This document shows positions 1 through 12,760 of a stretch of DNA of 64,000 nucleotides, piece by piece (the stretch's first letter is position 1; each line of letters begins with the position of its first letter). The position numbers and the translations under genes were made by a program. The stretch spans positions 91,636,001 to 91,700,000 of the forward strand of contig OZ296649.1 in assembly GCA_965655095.1 (NCBI GenBank), written 5' to 3'. The notes under the pieces were generated by a model. It ran no database searches. It was not told the DNA's origin and worked only from the letters and a program-made list of their open reading frames with translations. Origin of the DNA: Haplodiscus bocki (taxonomy: Eukaryota).

Positions 1-127
1 TTAATCAAGAAATTGATGCTATAGTTGATAAATTATTAGAATGCAAATGTACATTTAAGAAACAACACAAACAAATTTTATTTAAATGTAATCAATTATA
101 ATTACTTATAATTTTTTTACATCTTAA

Positions 128-1373
128 ATGTTTAAACTAAATGAAAATTATAAAGTGGATCGGAGAATTCTGAAATGTGATTTTATTAGATATAGTCCAG
201 CTGAAACTTCAACAATAAATACACCTAAAAGTCAGATATATATCAATATACCTAGAGAAGATAGTGTTACTAGTTTATTAAACAGTTATCTCGATTTAAA
301 TTTTGAAGTTATCAAAAAAATTATTTTTCTAGATATGCAAACGGTAATGATTTGAGACTAGTTAATCTGGGTCCGATTGCGTTGTTTGGTAATTTTAAAT
401 TAACAACGTGTTCAGGAAAACTCTTAGAAGATGTTAGCCATGCTCATCTCGTTTCTCTAATGTATAAACTAATAACACCTAACAAAAGTAGTGATGATCT
501 ATCTATAGGTTTTGATCGTAGCCGTGGAAGACGAGGGGATGAGTTAACTAATAACAAAAACGTAAAAGGTAAACATCGTTTCAGATTTATACTCAAGGAT
601 GTCGTTGGTTTTGTAGATTGTCAGGAAAAACCTAGTTATGGTCTCGGATATAAATTAACACTAACAAGAAATAAGGATGTAGCTGTAATAGATAAAACTG
701 GAGGTATTGCTGATGCTAGAATTAAAATTGATCACATTCACTGGTATATACCTCATTATACATCTTCTGTTGAACAACAAAATAAATTATTGAAACAGAT
801 TGTAAATAAGACACCGACAGAGTTCAGATATTTTGAACGATCTGTTTTCATGAAAGAAGTGAGATTCAGAACTTGTGGAATTTCGAATTAGGTAGTCGGA
901 GTATGAATGTTTCTATATGGATTATTGTAGAATTCTAACAAAGAGATAGACAAGACAGTCAAAATTTGAATAATGATACTTTCTGTAGGTTGCCTGTTGT
1001 TAGTGCTCAATGAAATCATTGGAACGGAAAATGTACTGATATTGGTATACTGTTGAATCATGAAGATGATGATTATTCGCAGGGTTGTGCTTAAATTAAG
1101 GAAATTTTCAGAGCTCTAACAAAAGTTGATATCCTTCAACCGTACATATCAGGTAATGATTTCAGGTCTTCGAATGTTAGGGCTGATGATGTTGGTTATA
1201 CTTTATTTGTTTTCGATATAAGGTATCAAAAAAACTTTACAAAATCTCAACCTATTAAAGTAGAATTTAAATTTGATGGAGTCGTTCCTAATGATATAAA
1301 CGGATACACTTTAGTATTAACAAACAAATTAGTTTCTATAAGCAGTGATGGACAACAATTTGATTTGATCTAA
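128..1373 (+). pseudogene. Polinton A capsid protein (probable double jelly-roll major capsid), frameshifted
   Basis: ORFs 128-355 and 352-891 plus out-of-frame continuation to TAA at 1371-1373, ~410 codons in total. N-terminus 'IRYSP...QIYINIPREDS...NSYLDLNFEV' is typical of Polinton capsid proteins, and the gene lies next to integrase and pPolB. Confidence 0.7.
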
Positions 1374-2218
1374 GTGATATTTAATTTTTTCATTACATCT
1401 TTGTTTCTTTTCATTGTTAACTCTGTCTAATTTAGTAACGATTCATCATATCTTGCTGGTAAATTGTCAATGTGATAACTCGGAATAATATCATTAATAA
1501 TTTCTGTAATTTTATACAATTTATATGACCAATTAGTTGTATCTCTTTTTGAAAACGTTTTCTTTAAATCTGCTGTTCTGACGAGATCGTTTATTTGAAA
1601 CTTTGGTGTTATTTCCTTACGTTTATCTAATAAGTTTTTGTAAACATAACCTTCATTCTTTTCCAAACTAGCTTGAATCGGCGTCAACTTAGTCGATGAA
1701 TGTATTCGTTTATTATATTGTTTTCTAATTGTAGGTAGAACACAAATCCAATTACCATATCATATTTCAAAAACAGGTCGTTTAGGTAAATCTCTAAAAG
1801 TACGATTAAAGCGTCCGGCAAAAACACTACCAATTGAACTAGTTCTCGAATAAATTTTCATCTGGTTTTTATTTAGGAAGTCTTGAAAAATACTGTTATA
1901 GAATTCTTTACCTCAATCGCTTTCGATTAAATTTGGTTTTTTTTGAACTTATCAAAATATTTTCGAAAGAGTCTATTTTTGTTTCAGAATTTTTATTTTT
2001 GAGTGGAACTGTCCATCCGAATTTTGAGAAACTGTCTATGATAAATAAACATATCTGTATCCTCTATTGTTTTCAGGACCGTAATGTTTGAGGTCTAATA
2101 TACCTAAACTCCAAATGTCATCGAAATGATAAACATCTGTTTTGTTTGTAGCATAGTTCTTTTTTGGCGGTTTGGAATAGATTTCGTTTATAAATATTAT
2201 AATTGTTTCCTGAGTCAT
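1370..2218 (-). pseudogene. Polinton A retroviral-like (rve, DDE) integrase, disrupted
   Basis: Minus-strand motifs WSLGILD (first D decayed), LIESD*GKEFYN and GSVFAGRFNRT (E decayed), then TPIQAS...PKFQINDLVR...FSKRDTTNWS, the usual Polinton integrase C-terminal part. Confidence 0.88.
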
Positions 2219-2328
2219 TGATATTTTGTAAACATACATTTATATTAGTAATTATAATTGTGTATACATACAATTATACGAGTTTATTTATATCTGTGTA
2301 TACATTATAATATACGAGTAATTATACT

Positions 2329-2623
2329 TATTGATTCTTCAATTTTTCTTCCATCGCTTTTAACTTGTTTTCTAGTTCAGCATATGATCTAAGTAAACCT
2401 CTCTAATCTAAGTTTCTTTTGTTTCTGTAATGATTTTGTTTCCGTATTAGTTTATCTCTTTTTTTTCATAATATGTTTTTTGTTGAATTGTTATTTTATC
2501 TTTATTATCAAAGTAACGTTTTACACCTCGTTTGATTTTACAATCTTCACACTCTGAGTATTTTTTGTAAAAATTGTTGATATGTTTTTCAATATTACAT
2601 TGAGTGCAAATTTTACTCTCCAT
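2329..2623 (-). pseudogene. Small CxxC...CxxC zinc-ribbon protein of Polinton A
   Basis: ATG at 2623 gives MESKICTQCNIEKHINNFYKKYSECEDCKIKR followed by a basic helical tail with a frameshift. Confidence 0.5.
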
Positions 2624-2694
2624 TTACTTATTATATTTTTAACTGAACTGTTTTTATTTCAATAAAAAAATCCTATATAAACAGACGCAAAAAG

Positions 2695-5600
2695 GAAAAC
2701 AGCCGCACATGTGAAATTTGTGATGTTAATGTTCATGGAGCATCATTTGTAAAGCACTTGAGAAGTAGAAAACATTTAGAATATATGAAAAAAATGAAAT
2801 GATTATATCAGAATGGTTATTTAAAGAAGAGCAAGCACCTATTAAGAAACAAATTAAAAAAGTACACAATCCTAAAACATTAAAACAGATAGCCAGAGAA
2901 AATTTTAAAATGAATGACAAAGAGCTGGATAAAGAGTTAGCTAAAAAGCGCATTAATCCAGAATATTTTATTGATGAAAATATAAAAATAGTTTTCAAAA
3001 TTAACCTAGAAAGTCATAATAATAATCTCGCAAATTCTCTCTTAGATATTGTTCCTAAATTTCCAGATATCGGAATTGAAACAGGATATATTATTAAAAG
3101 TCTAATGGAAATGGCTACTATTTACGCTAGATTAATAAATCAATACAAATTTAAATATCATATATTTTTTTCTGCTACCTTTTTAAAAATTAATGAAGAA
3201 GGTCAGAGAAGTGATGAAATTGAAATATGCATTAATTTGAATCTTAACAATATTTCAACAGAAACTGATATTAATAACATTGATGTTAAATCGCAATTAG
3301 GACATCAAATTAAAATTCAGGAAACAAAGGAATCTGGATGGATATTTGATAAAATTAACTCAATGAAAATAAGATTTTACAAAACTGGTGAACTAAATTG
3401 ATCAAGTTATGTTAAAATTCATTTGCGATCAAATGCTTTATTAAATATTAAACATAATGATAAGTTTTGTTTATTATGGCCAATTTTGGCTTACTTACAT
3501 CCTTGTGAAAATGATCAACCTAATAAAGTCTCCAATTATAATCAACACTTTAATGAATAAAACATTAATGATTTCGATTTTACTAATGGATTTAAGTGTA
3601 GTGATATGCAAAAAATTGAGAAATTAAATAACCTATCTTTTAGTATATCTGAAGCAAACTTTTATCAAGATAAAGATAAGTGGAAACACAATTTAATTCC
3701 TATTGAGATTAGTAAAATTGATTCAGATAAAGTTATTGACTTATTAATATACAAAAATCATTATGCTGCCATTAAAAAGTTAAATGATATTTTAGGAGAT
3801 CATCACAAAAAATTTATCTGCAGGCGTTGTCTGAATTCATGTACAAGTGAAAATATGTTAAAAGTACATAAACCAAAATGTGAAAATAATGGTATAACTA
3901 CTATTAGAACTTCTGATGAATCTCATCTTTATTGGAAAAAACCTTTTCATGAAAATCCACTATATTTTAGAATTTATGCGGATTTTGAAGCTGATAATTA
4001 AAAAGATAATTCTTGTATAGGTAATAAAACAATTAATATATATAAACAAAATCCGGTACTAAATGCTTATCATATAGAGTCTGAATTGGAAAATGTTTTA
4101 AAAAGTGGTTATTATAAGTCTTCTTTAGGATATGATAATGTAGATTGGTTTGTGGATGATGTTACAAAAATAGAAATTAAAATGGCTTTCTGTTTTAAAA
4201 ACACTAGGAAAGATATCATTATGACAGAAGATGAAGAAGATTTTTAAAATATTAATATTTGCAGATTTCGTGAAAAAAATTTTGAATCTGATAAAGCTCG
4301 TGATCATTGTCACTTAAAAGGTGAGTATAGAGGACCAGCTCATAACACTTGTAACATAGACGTTACACAGAAACAAAGTACTTTTATACCATTTATAGTT
4401 CACAGTTTCTCCAATTACGATTGGCATATGTTCTTCAAGAAATTGGAAGATTGACAAAGTAAAATTTAAAATTATACCTGAAACAGAGGAAGAATATATT
4501 TCAGTTAAATATGGACGTATTAGATTTATAGATAGTTATCGATTTTTATCAAGTAGCTTAGATTCACTAGCTAAAACGTTAGTTGATAAAAGCCAAAAAG
4601 CATTGAAAGATTTTGAAGAGGAAATTGTTGATAATGATGAATTCTTAAGTATTGTCAATGAAATAAAAGTTTTAATTAAAAAAGTTAGGTACAAAATTGA
4701 TTCTATTAAAGATTTAATGAAAGATTATCCAGCTAAATTGAGAGACTAGAAGAAGCATTACTTAATTATATGGGTGAAAACGATCTTAAAACTTTAAAAA
4801 CAGGATTTCCTGACAAGTGGAAACATTTAACTAAAAAACTAGCTTATCTGTATGAATTTTTCAATTGTTTTGAAGATTATCAGAAACCTGTTGATAATCT
4901 AAGGAAAGAAGACTTCTTTAGTAAAATGAAAAATAATTGTCCTGATGATGAAGAAATAGAACGAACAAAACAAATTATTAAATTGCTTAAAATTAAAAAT
5001 GGAGAAGAACTAACACAATTATTTTTGAAAAGTGATGTACTTTTGCTTGCATGTGTGTTTGAGAAATTTATAAAAGTATCAGTTAACGAATCTGTTATTA
5101 TTCCAATGTATTGTCTTAGTTTACCGGGCTATACATGGGAACGGGGTTTGAAATATACAGGAATAAACTTGCAAACGCTTCAAGATAAAGATTTGATATT
5201 GACTTAAGAAAATAATATACGCGGTGGCATTTCAGTTGTGATGGGAGATAGATATGTTAAATCAGATGAAAAAAAAGTTAATATATTTGGATGCTACTAA
5301 TTTATATGGACATTCAATGATCCAACCTTTACCTTATGATGAAATCGAAATGTGGCATGGTCACCCTGATCTTTATATGAATAAATTAGAAGGAATTTTA
5401 AATACCTCAGATGATTCAGAAATTAGTTATTTCATTGAAGTTCATTTAAAATATCCAGATAAATTAAAAGAGAAAACAAAGAACTTTCCATTTTGTCCTG
5501 AAAACAAAATAATTCATAAAGATAAATATAACGAATATATGAAAAAAAACAAAACCTAAGAATTCTGGTAAATCTAAAAAATTAATATGTGATTGGACTG

Positions 5601-6540
5601 ATAAAAAAAATTATTTGGTTCATTATAGGATGTTGAAAATTTATGTCAGACATGGTATGGTAGTTGTTAAAATTCATGAAACAATTTCATTTAGACAAAA
5701 CAAATGGTTGGAGAAGTATTTAAATTTTATTACTCAAAAACGAAATAAAGCTAAAAATGGTTTTGAAAAAGACTTCTATAAATTACTAAATAAGGCTTTT
5801 TACGGCAAAACAATGGAAAATGTTAAAACTCGTTCAAAATTAGAATTTTTTGAAAAAGATGGTGATATAGAAATTATGAAACAACAATCTAAATTGACTT
5901 TCAATGAAATTCATTAATCATATGAAAATTGTGATAGTTATTCTTCCAAAAAAATGAAGTCTTAACGGATAAGCCGATTTACTTAGATTTGCTATATTAG
6001 AATTAAGCAAATTACACATGTAGACGTATTATGATATTTTACAACCATGTTTTGGACAAGAAAGTATTCAATTACACTATATTGATACGGATGCATTCGT
6101 ATTGAGTATGAATACAAAAGATATTATCAAAGACCTAAAAAACTTGAAAGTTCTATTTGATTTCAGTAACTTAGTTAAAAAACATGAACTATTCAGTAAT
6201 AAAAACAAAAAAAGAGAGGGTTTTCTCAAAATGGAGACTCTTAAAAAAATTTGGATTCATGAATTTGTTTGTCTAAGAGGTAAAATGTATTCGTTTAAAT
6301 GTGTAGCTGATAGTAAAAACAAAGTAAAAGAAATTTCTAAATCTCAATCAAAACATGTTAAATTTGAAGAATATAAAAAATGTCTGGATGGAGAGGAATA
6401 TCAAAAAGTAGGTAAAAATTACATTCTTCGTTCAATTAACCATGAATGGCATCTTCAAAAAGTAAAAAAAATCAACATTATCTTTATTCGATGATAGACG
6501 ATGTTATATAAATGAAATTGAAAGTATACCATGGAATTGA
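2695..6540 (+). pseudogene. polB: Polinton A protein-primed family B DNA polymerase with N-terminal Zn finger and Endonuclease VII/HNH insert
   Basis: CEIC...HLRSRKH Zn finger (~2710-2780), ExoI IYADFEA, RDHCHLKGEYRGPAHNTCN (EndoVII), ExoII HSFSNYD, IRGG, motif A YLDATNLYG, motif B KLLNKAFYGK and motif C YIDTDA. Ends ESIPWN* at 6540. Many stops and frameshifts. Confidence 0.93.
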
Positions 6541-6616
6541 AGTTATTTTAGTCGTCTCAAATTATCATAATTTTATTGAAAAAGATTTTTTTTTTCAATA
6601 AATTTGTTACCAATAA

Positions 6617-7078
6617 ATGAATGAAAACGAAATATATGTTGTAAAAGAATATAAATTTGATAACCCACTCATTACTGACATAGATTTTAAAATAGAAAAA
6701 TGTTTTAGCGATTGTCATAAAAAATATATCCATAATTTTAAATATGAATGTATATATGATATTAAACTTACAATTATCACTAAAAATGAAGCAAATAATT
6801 CGACAATTTCTGATAAAAGCATGAATTTGTATGAATTAAATAAACAATTAACAGTTGCTAGACAAAATGGTTTTGTTTTCAATAAAAAAATTCAGCTAAC
6901 AGTAAAATTTTATTCACATTTACGATATATAACCATAAGTTGTTATCTAAAGTCTCAATTACCCATGTGTCATAGACAATGTTTTAAAGTAATATCACAA
7001 AATCGTGTTTATGTAGAAAATTTTTGCAATGATATGGAAAATAATCTTCGTTTTGCATGTCAGAAATCAATCAATTAA
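6617..7078 (+). CDS. Uncharacterised 153-aa Polinton A terminal ORF
   Basis: Uninterrupted ATG-initiated ORF between polB and the subterminal repeats, with the same composition as the element. Confidence 0.55.
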   Translation: MNENEIYVVKEYKFDNPLITDIDFKIEKCFSDCHKKYIHNFKYECIYDIKLTIITKNEANNSTISDKSMNLYELNKQLTVARQNGFVFNKKIQLTVKFYSHLRYITISCYLKSQLPMCHRQCFKVISQNRVYVENFCNDMENNLRFACQKSIN

Positions 7079-7119
7079 ACTAAAAATTTCACGTAATTTA
7101 ACATAATTTTTTAATTTAA

Positions 7120-7270
7120 TATAATTTCCTGTGTACTACCATTGATAAGACTACTCAAAATATTTTGTGCAAATCTAATTTTTCATTCCTGTGTACCCCT
7201 TTGATAGATAAATGAAAAAACATTTTTGAAAAATTAATTTTTCTTTCCTCTGCACCTTATTGACATAGTA
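7120..7270. repeat. Three ~58-60-bp subterminal direct repeats (TTCCTGTGTACY..TTGATA) of Polinton A
   Basis: Related units begin near 7122, 7178 and 7237. Confidence 0.6.
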
Positions 7271-7973
7271 TAATTTTTATTAAAATTTTCCGTCTGCGTC
7301 TTACTTTAGTTTTATGAGAAATTACTTTTCTGAGAAATCCAATTTGGACGCTGCGTTTTCGGCTTTTGGCGTCAAATGCCTTTTTACACACCACTAATCT
7401 CGGAATTTTTCTACTTTTTCAATCTCTAGTTTTTGGGATCGGCCCATAAACGTAATACAGAATATAGAAACACGTTTTGAGCAGAAATGGAACAAACAAT
7501 CTAAGATAGTCTGCTAATGGCAAAATTTTGCCACGAAAATCCATTAACCACAAAAAGCCGGTATCCACCGCTGTTTTTTTACAAATTATCGTTACGTGGT
7601 ACTTTCTTCTTTTTGTTCTGTCTATACTACTTCATCGTAGTCAAAATTAGGAGAAAACATCAGCCCGAACTGTTCACCCACTCTTCGATAACTTGTTCAG
7701 CTTCAGTTTTTTGTGCTCCCCATGGGAATATTGAAACTTTTCAAAAAGACCCTTGTGGGTTTCTTCTACTCTCGGCCAAAACAATTTCTTAATGATTGTT
7801 CGAGTCAATTCCCGGTATACTGAAACTTCACAACCAGACAAATAAACAGCACTGATCCTGGACTGTTCTCGGCTTGCACTTATCAATACCAACCTTGACT
7901 GTTTTACTTAAAATAAACTGGCAACAAAAGATAGAGATAATGTGCTTTACCTCGTCAAAGTCTAAATTTACAG

Positions 7974-9286
7974 TGTGAGGGGATCAAAAGTACCCACATG
8001 ACTGAAGTGTCCACTCCAGGAAGAGAATAATTCTGCCGACTGTCCTCGTTGTACTCCTGGTTTTCCACATCGTAATTCAGGGAAGTCTTCGGCATGGTTC
8101 CTTACTGAACCCCAATTTATGAATTCAGAAGACAATCTTCCGATTTTGACAGAGCAATTGGGATCCAATTATCTGTCCGGCCAACCTCCTGAGACATTTT
8201 TTAAAACACTTTCCCTTCTACTTTCGACCGAACGCCAGTTTTGTAATCCTCACTCTAGGAACACCCGTGTCCTGTGATGAGTTGTTCCTGGGATGTTCAT
8301 GAATATTGTCTTTGTTCACGACTGCTGGTTTCTTTTTATTTCTTAGCGTGGCCATTTTGCGAAATGAAATTAATTAAACGGCGTTTAAAATGAAATTTTT
8401 CTTTCAATTCGATTTTCCACAAGGGAATCAATTAGTCAGTTTACAGAAACAAAGGTTATTAACATCAGTACTCAAAAATGTGGTATCCTGGTAGTTTGGT
8501 TTCTCCTCTTCATACCTTTCCTTTGGTGGGAAACAAAAATGTTCACACGACAAGTCAAAACACAAATAGTGAGAAATATTTTTTCTTATCAAAGCATCAA
8601 ATTAAAAATGCCGACTTCAGGGGAATTAAAGACTTCCCCCTCCATTTCCTTCCTACTAGGCCACCTCCTTTCCAATTTTTGAACAAAAATGACGGACGTA
8701 ATCCATCGCAAATGGACATCGAAGTGCTTATTCCTGTGCTGACATAATTTTTACTAATACAAGCATCCCTATGAAAAAATTCTATAAATGAAACATAAAT
8801 AAATCCACAGTCAAGCATCAGAATTGCGGAAGATGATATATTAGTTCAAAAATTCATGAATTTTTCGATGCATAGGACAAAAATAATTGCTCACTTGTAT
8901 TTTGGACTTCAAAATGAGGAAAAACTACTATCACCACTAGTTTGTTCCTTGTTTAAACGAGTATCTACCAGTGCGTTCCTGGAAAATTCCAATTTCACTA
9001 GTGGCAGCAAGTCAATCAATTAAGCTGAGCGGAGGGATGTAGTGATTACGGAAACAACCGTATTCAACAAAACATTGTAGCACGGATTATTATTTGGAAT
9101 GAAAATGACGTCAGCAGACTAGCAGTGACGTAACAAAAACTCACTCCTGGAGTTTTTCACGCTTTAATACATTCGTATCACAATTCAATCAGCAACTTTT
9201 CAGCTCTGTTGGAAATTAGAAATTACGGCAAATCAATCAATCTAGAGCACTTAAGCGTGGGTTTATTTTTTATGATAATGAACACA
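7974..9286 (-). mobile_element. Solo-LTR-like repeat, copy 1 (MATLR.. ORF family)
   Basis: Minus-strand ATGGCCACGCTAAGAAAT at ~8356, homologous to ORF 15813-16259. 8600-9200 aligns by eye with 13730-14320. Ends in ...CTCACA at 7974. Confidence 0.65.
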
Positions 9287-10019
9287 TTTTACATATTTTA
9301 TGGGTTTTTTAAACGGACATTTCAGAGTTTCGTCTGGTTTCATTGGCCTTCAGTACTTGCTTCACCAAACTGTATAAAAAGTTGGTTGAATGCAAGTTGA
9401 GGGTAGATATCCAATGGCATTTCGTAATTAACAAGCCAAGTTGGGGGAGCTGGTAGAATTTTCAGAAACAAGCTGGTTAGCTGTAGAGTATGAGATGTGC
9501 AACCGTGCCAATTTGTATTCGGGTTGGTCTCGATAAGTGTATTCTCAACCAGAAAGGAGACTTTGTCCTCCCTCTGTAAAAATGTAATCATAACCTGCCT
9601 CTATGGACAAAGCAAACGCATTTTCCGTGTTGCATTCCCGGGTCGAACTTTTTTGGGAAAACGCCGCTATTTTTCCGGTATAGTGGCGTAAACGCCGCTA
9701 ACACCGTTAACTTACTAGCAAAACGCCGTTAACGCGTTTATACTGACAAGGAACGTCGTTAACGCCGTTAGTGTTCCCGTTGAACGCCGTTAACCCTGTT
9801 ATACCAGAAAAAACTTCTGTCTACAAAAAATCTGATTTTCTCACTCCATGAAGAATGAGAAACTCATGGTCAATCATTTACTTGACAAAGGAATTACGAA
9901 GCTTTCAGAGCAAGTGTGGGAGAACTGCAGGGGACCGGAGCGTGGGCCTGAACGTGGCGGCATTGGTAGTGTCATTGAACTTGCCACGGTCAAACAGGTG
10001 TACAAAAAAGTTCATTTTA

Positions 10020-11130
10020 CTACTAGATTAATTGGAGTCTTGCAGAAGTTTTGACAGTTTTAACCTGGATGCCTCTCTCAAACTAATTTTTTGAGATTTC
10101 TTTCCTCCTGGTTACAAGGGCCATCTCCATTTGCTGCCTCTGGGGTCTTGTGGTTCCTTTGTTTTGTTTCTTAATGCCCAAAATTAAAATTTTGAATTTT
10201 TGGTCTGAAATCGTCAAACGGTTATTTGGTGCAACCCATGTTTTCGCAAGGAACTTCAGATTTTGTAATTTTGTTTTTATTGATGGAGCTTTGAATTTGC
10301 TCCAGCACGTGGTAGAACTGTCAGTGTCATTGACCATATCATGACCAATTGAAATTACGTAAAAGTTGAGCATGTCAAAACTTGACATCTTAGTTCTAGT
10401 TTTGCAAAGTTCCAACGGTTTTCATCTTAATTATCTTTCTTTTCAAGTTTTTTCTATTTTAACTCTTACTGTTTACGCGAGCCATGATCAATTGATACCT
10501 GTAGGGTTCTTTGTTTTCCATTGGGTTTTTTTTGAAAGGTCGAGAATATTGTTTCTGTTCTCTTTTCCGTCTGAAATCTTCAAACTGGTTTTCCGTTAAA
10601 ACCCATGTTTTCGGAAGGTCCTTCATTTTTTGTACTTTTGTCTGTAATCAAGGGGCTTTGAATTTGCGCCTGCACGTGATAGCGTTGCCAGCGTCAGTGA
10701 CCATGTCATGACCAGCCGAGGCTACATAAAAGTTGAACAGGTCAGGACTTGACTTCTTAGATCTAGTCTTGCAAAAGTCCGGCAGTTTTTCCATTCTGAA
10801 TGCTGCTTTTCAATTTTGCTTCAGTTTTTTTTCTGTTTACGAGGTCCATGTTCACTTGTTGCCTTTGTGGTGTTGTGGTTCCCATGTTTTGTTCTCCTTG
10901 CCGAGATTGGATATTTTTTGATTTTTTTCTGGTCTGAAATCTTCAAACGGTTTTTAGATGAAAGCCATGTTTTCGGAAGGTCCTCTTTTTTTGTACTTTT
11001 TGTTGGTAATTAAGGGGCTTTGAATTTGCGCCTGCCAGTGGTAGCCCTGTTAGAGTCGGTGACCATGTCAGGACCAACTTGGACTCTCTTAAATTTGAAC
11101 ATGTCAAGACTTGACTTCTTAGTTCTATTT
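10020..11130. repeat. Three ~365-bp diverged tandem repeats inside the CCC element
   Basis: CTTGAC.TCTTAG.TCTA recurs at 10381, 10748 and 11110. GTCTGAAATC.TCAAAC recurs at ~10203, ~10569 and ~10932. Confidence 0.85.
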
Positions 11131-11930
11131 TTCCGGTTAAATGCCGTTAACGCCGCTATTTTTCCGGTTAAACGCCGTTAACGCCGCTATTTTTCCAGTT
11201 GAAAGCCGTTAACGCCGCTATTTTTCCAGTTAAATGCCGTTAACGCCGCCATTTTTCCGGTTAAACGCCGTTAACGCCTTTATACCGACAAAAAACGCCG
11301 TTAACGCCGCTATTTTTCCGGTTAAACGCCGTTAACGCCTTTATACTGACAAAAAACGCCGATAACGCCGCTATTTTTCCGGTTAAACGCCGTTAACGCC
11401 TTTATACTGACAAAAAACGCCGTTAACGTCGCTATTTTTCCGGTTAAACGCCGTTAACGCCTTTATACTGACAAAAAACGCCGTTAACGTCGCTATTTTT
11501 CCGGTTAAACGCCGTTAACGCCTTTATACTGACAAAAAACGCCGTTAACGCCGCTATTTTTCCGGTTAAACGCCGATAACGCCTTTATACTGACAAACAA
11601 CGCCGTTAACGTCGCTATTTTTCCGGTTAAACGCCGTTAACGCCTTTATACTGACAAAAAACGCCGTTAACGCCGCTATTTTTTCGGTTAAACGCCGTTA
11701 ACGCCTTTATACCGACAAGAAAACGCCGTTAACGCCGCTATTTTTCCGGTTAAACGCCCTTAACGCCTTTATACCGACAAAAAAAATGCCGTTAACGCAG
11801 CTATTTTTCCCGTTAAACGCCGTTAACGCCTTTATACTGACAAAAAAATGCCGTTAACGCGCTATTTTTCCGGTTAATAACGGTTTCTGTGACTAATTTT
11901 GACCGCCGTTAACGCCCTTATACCGGGAAA
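11127..11930. repeat. Minisatellite of ~60-bp units made of two ~30-bp subunits with a CGTTAACG palindrome
   Basis: Near-identical repeats TTTATACTGACAAAAAACGCCGTTAACGCCGCTATTTTTCCGGTTAAACGCCGTTAACGCC. A decayed copy lies at 9655-9805. Confidence 0.95.
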
Positions 11931-12109
11931 ATTTCGGCCATTATTTCGACCCGGGTTGTTGGATACTGTGCAAAGGGCTGAAATTCTCCCCTAGCTTACA
12001 TGACACTTTTTGTCTTTGTGTGGTGATTGCAGCTCCAAAAGGAACAGGCACATGCTAGTTAGAATTCCAATTGTGCCCAAAAAGTGACCGGTACAACCCA
12101 AGAATGTCT

Positions 12110-12760
12110 TGACGCAGTACTAATAGATGGAACTCTCAAGGCTTGTGAGCAATTGTACGTGACTTTCGGGGTTCATCTGGGGCAAAAAACTATCGCTATT
12201 GTCTACGTTTCTTGAGGGGAAAAGTGGAACCTATTATAGGTACCAGTTTTGCCATTTGAAAAAAAAATCGATCAATTTCTTGAAGACAATGGAGTGCGGA
12301 GGTTGTATTGAGCGAGTTTAAAAAGGCTATTGTCTGTACTGTTGCATCAGAATTTCTCAATACCTCGCATTTCGGTTTTTGCTTTCATTTTACGGAAACC
12401 ACATAGCGAAAAGTACAAAATCTTGGTCTGGGAATTTCTTATCGAGGCAACTTAGCCCTGAGAAGGTACCTTACAAAAATTACGAAATTTGGATATTAGA
12501 CCACCGAGGAGATTCCAAGCGCCATTGTTACCTTCTGTGAAGAACCGCAAAGGGAGGATTCAATCCAAATTTATCCGCAACTTGGCGATTTTCTGCTTTA
12601 ATTTTATTTAACATAAATACAAACATTTCCCACATCAATAGGGAAAGTTTACGGACGTGATCCCGGCCTGAGAGTGACGTATAATTGCAAGGGTTGGAAC
12701 AGTTCTTGGACTAGAAGATCCAATGGTAGCGCATCTAAGCTAAGGACAACGAAAGAAATT
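12110..12760 (+). pseudogene. Mutator-like (MULE) DDE transposase relic
   Basis: IDGTLK..EQLY (DGTF..QLY), LSEFKKAI (DFE.A), GFCFHF...RKVQNLGL (GC.FH...R.IQ..GL) and YNCKGWN (NN..EGW) occur in the correct order. Disrupted. Confidence 0.7.

Larger units (their letters stand above)
1..7270. mobile_element. Decayed Polinton/Maverick (adintovirus-like) element A, right-hand part; left part lies outside the window
   Basis: Contiguous very AT-rich block holding capsid-like, retroviral-type integrase and protein-primed PolB pseudogenes. It ends in ~60-bp subterminal repeats at 7120-7270. The exact terminus cannot be confirmed without the other end. Confidence 0.88.
9637..11955. mobile_element. Non-autonomous DNA transposon with CCC termini (CMC/EnSpm-like) and large subterminal arrays
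   Basis: Perfect 11-bp TIR CCCGGGTCGAA (9637-9647) / TTCGACCCGGG (11945-11955), flanked by TT on both sides. AACGCCGTTAACGCC arrays lie at both ends. Confidence 0.75.

Noticed and set aside
7150-7155. ACTACT as the exact right terminus of Polinton A
   Set aside because: Element-like repeats continue to ~7270, and the left end and TSD are outside the window, so it cannot be verified.
7674-7892. Possible downstream PITP exon (KLFWPRVEETHKGLFEKF)
   Set aside because: Only vague resemblance. The FHR..CW.D.W signature is absent and no convincing splice sites were found.
11127-11930. Regular palindromic repeats resembling a CRISPR array
   Set aside because: Intervening sequences are themselves repeated (no unique spacers), there are no cas genes, and the context is eukaryotic.
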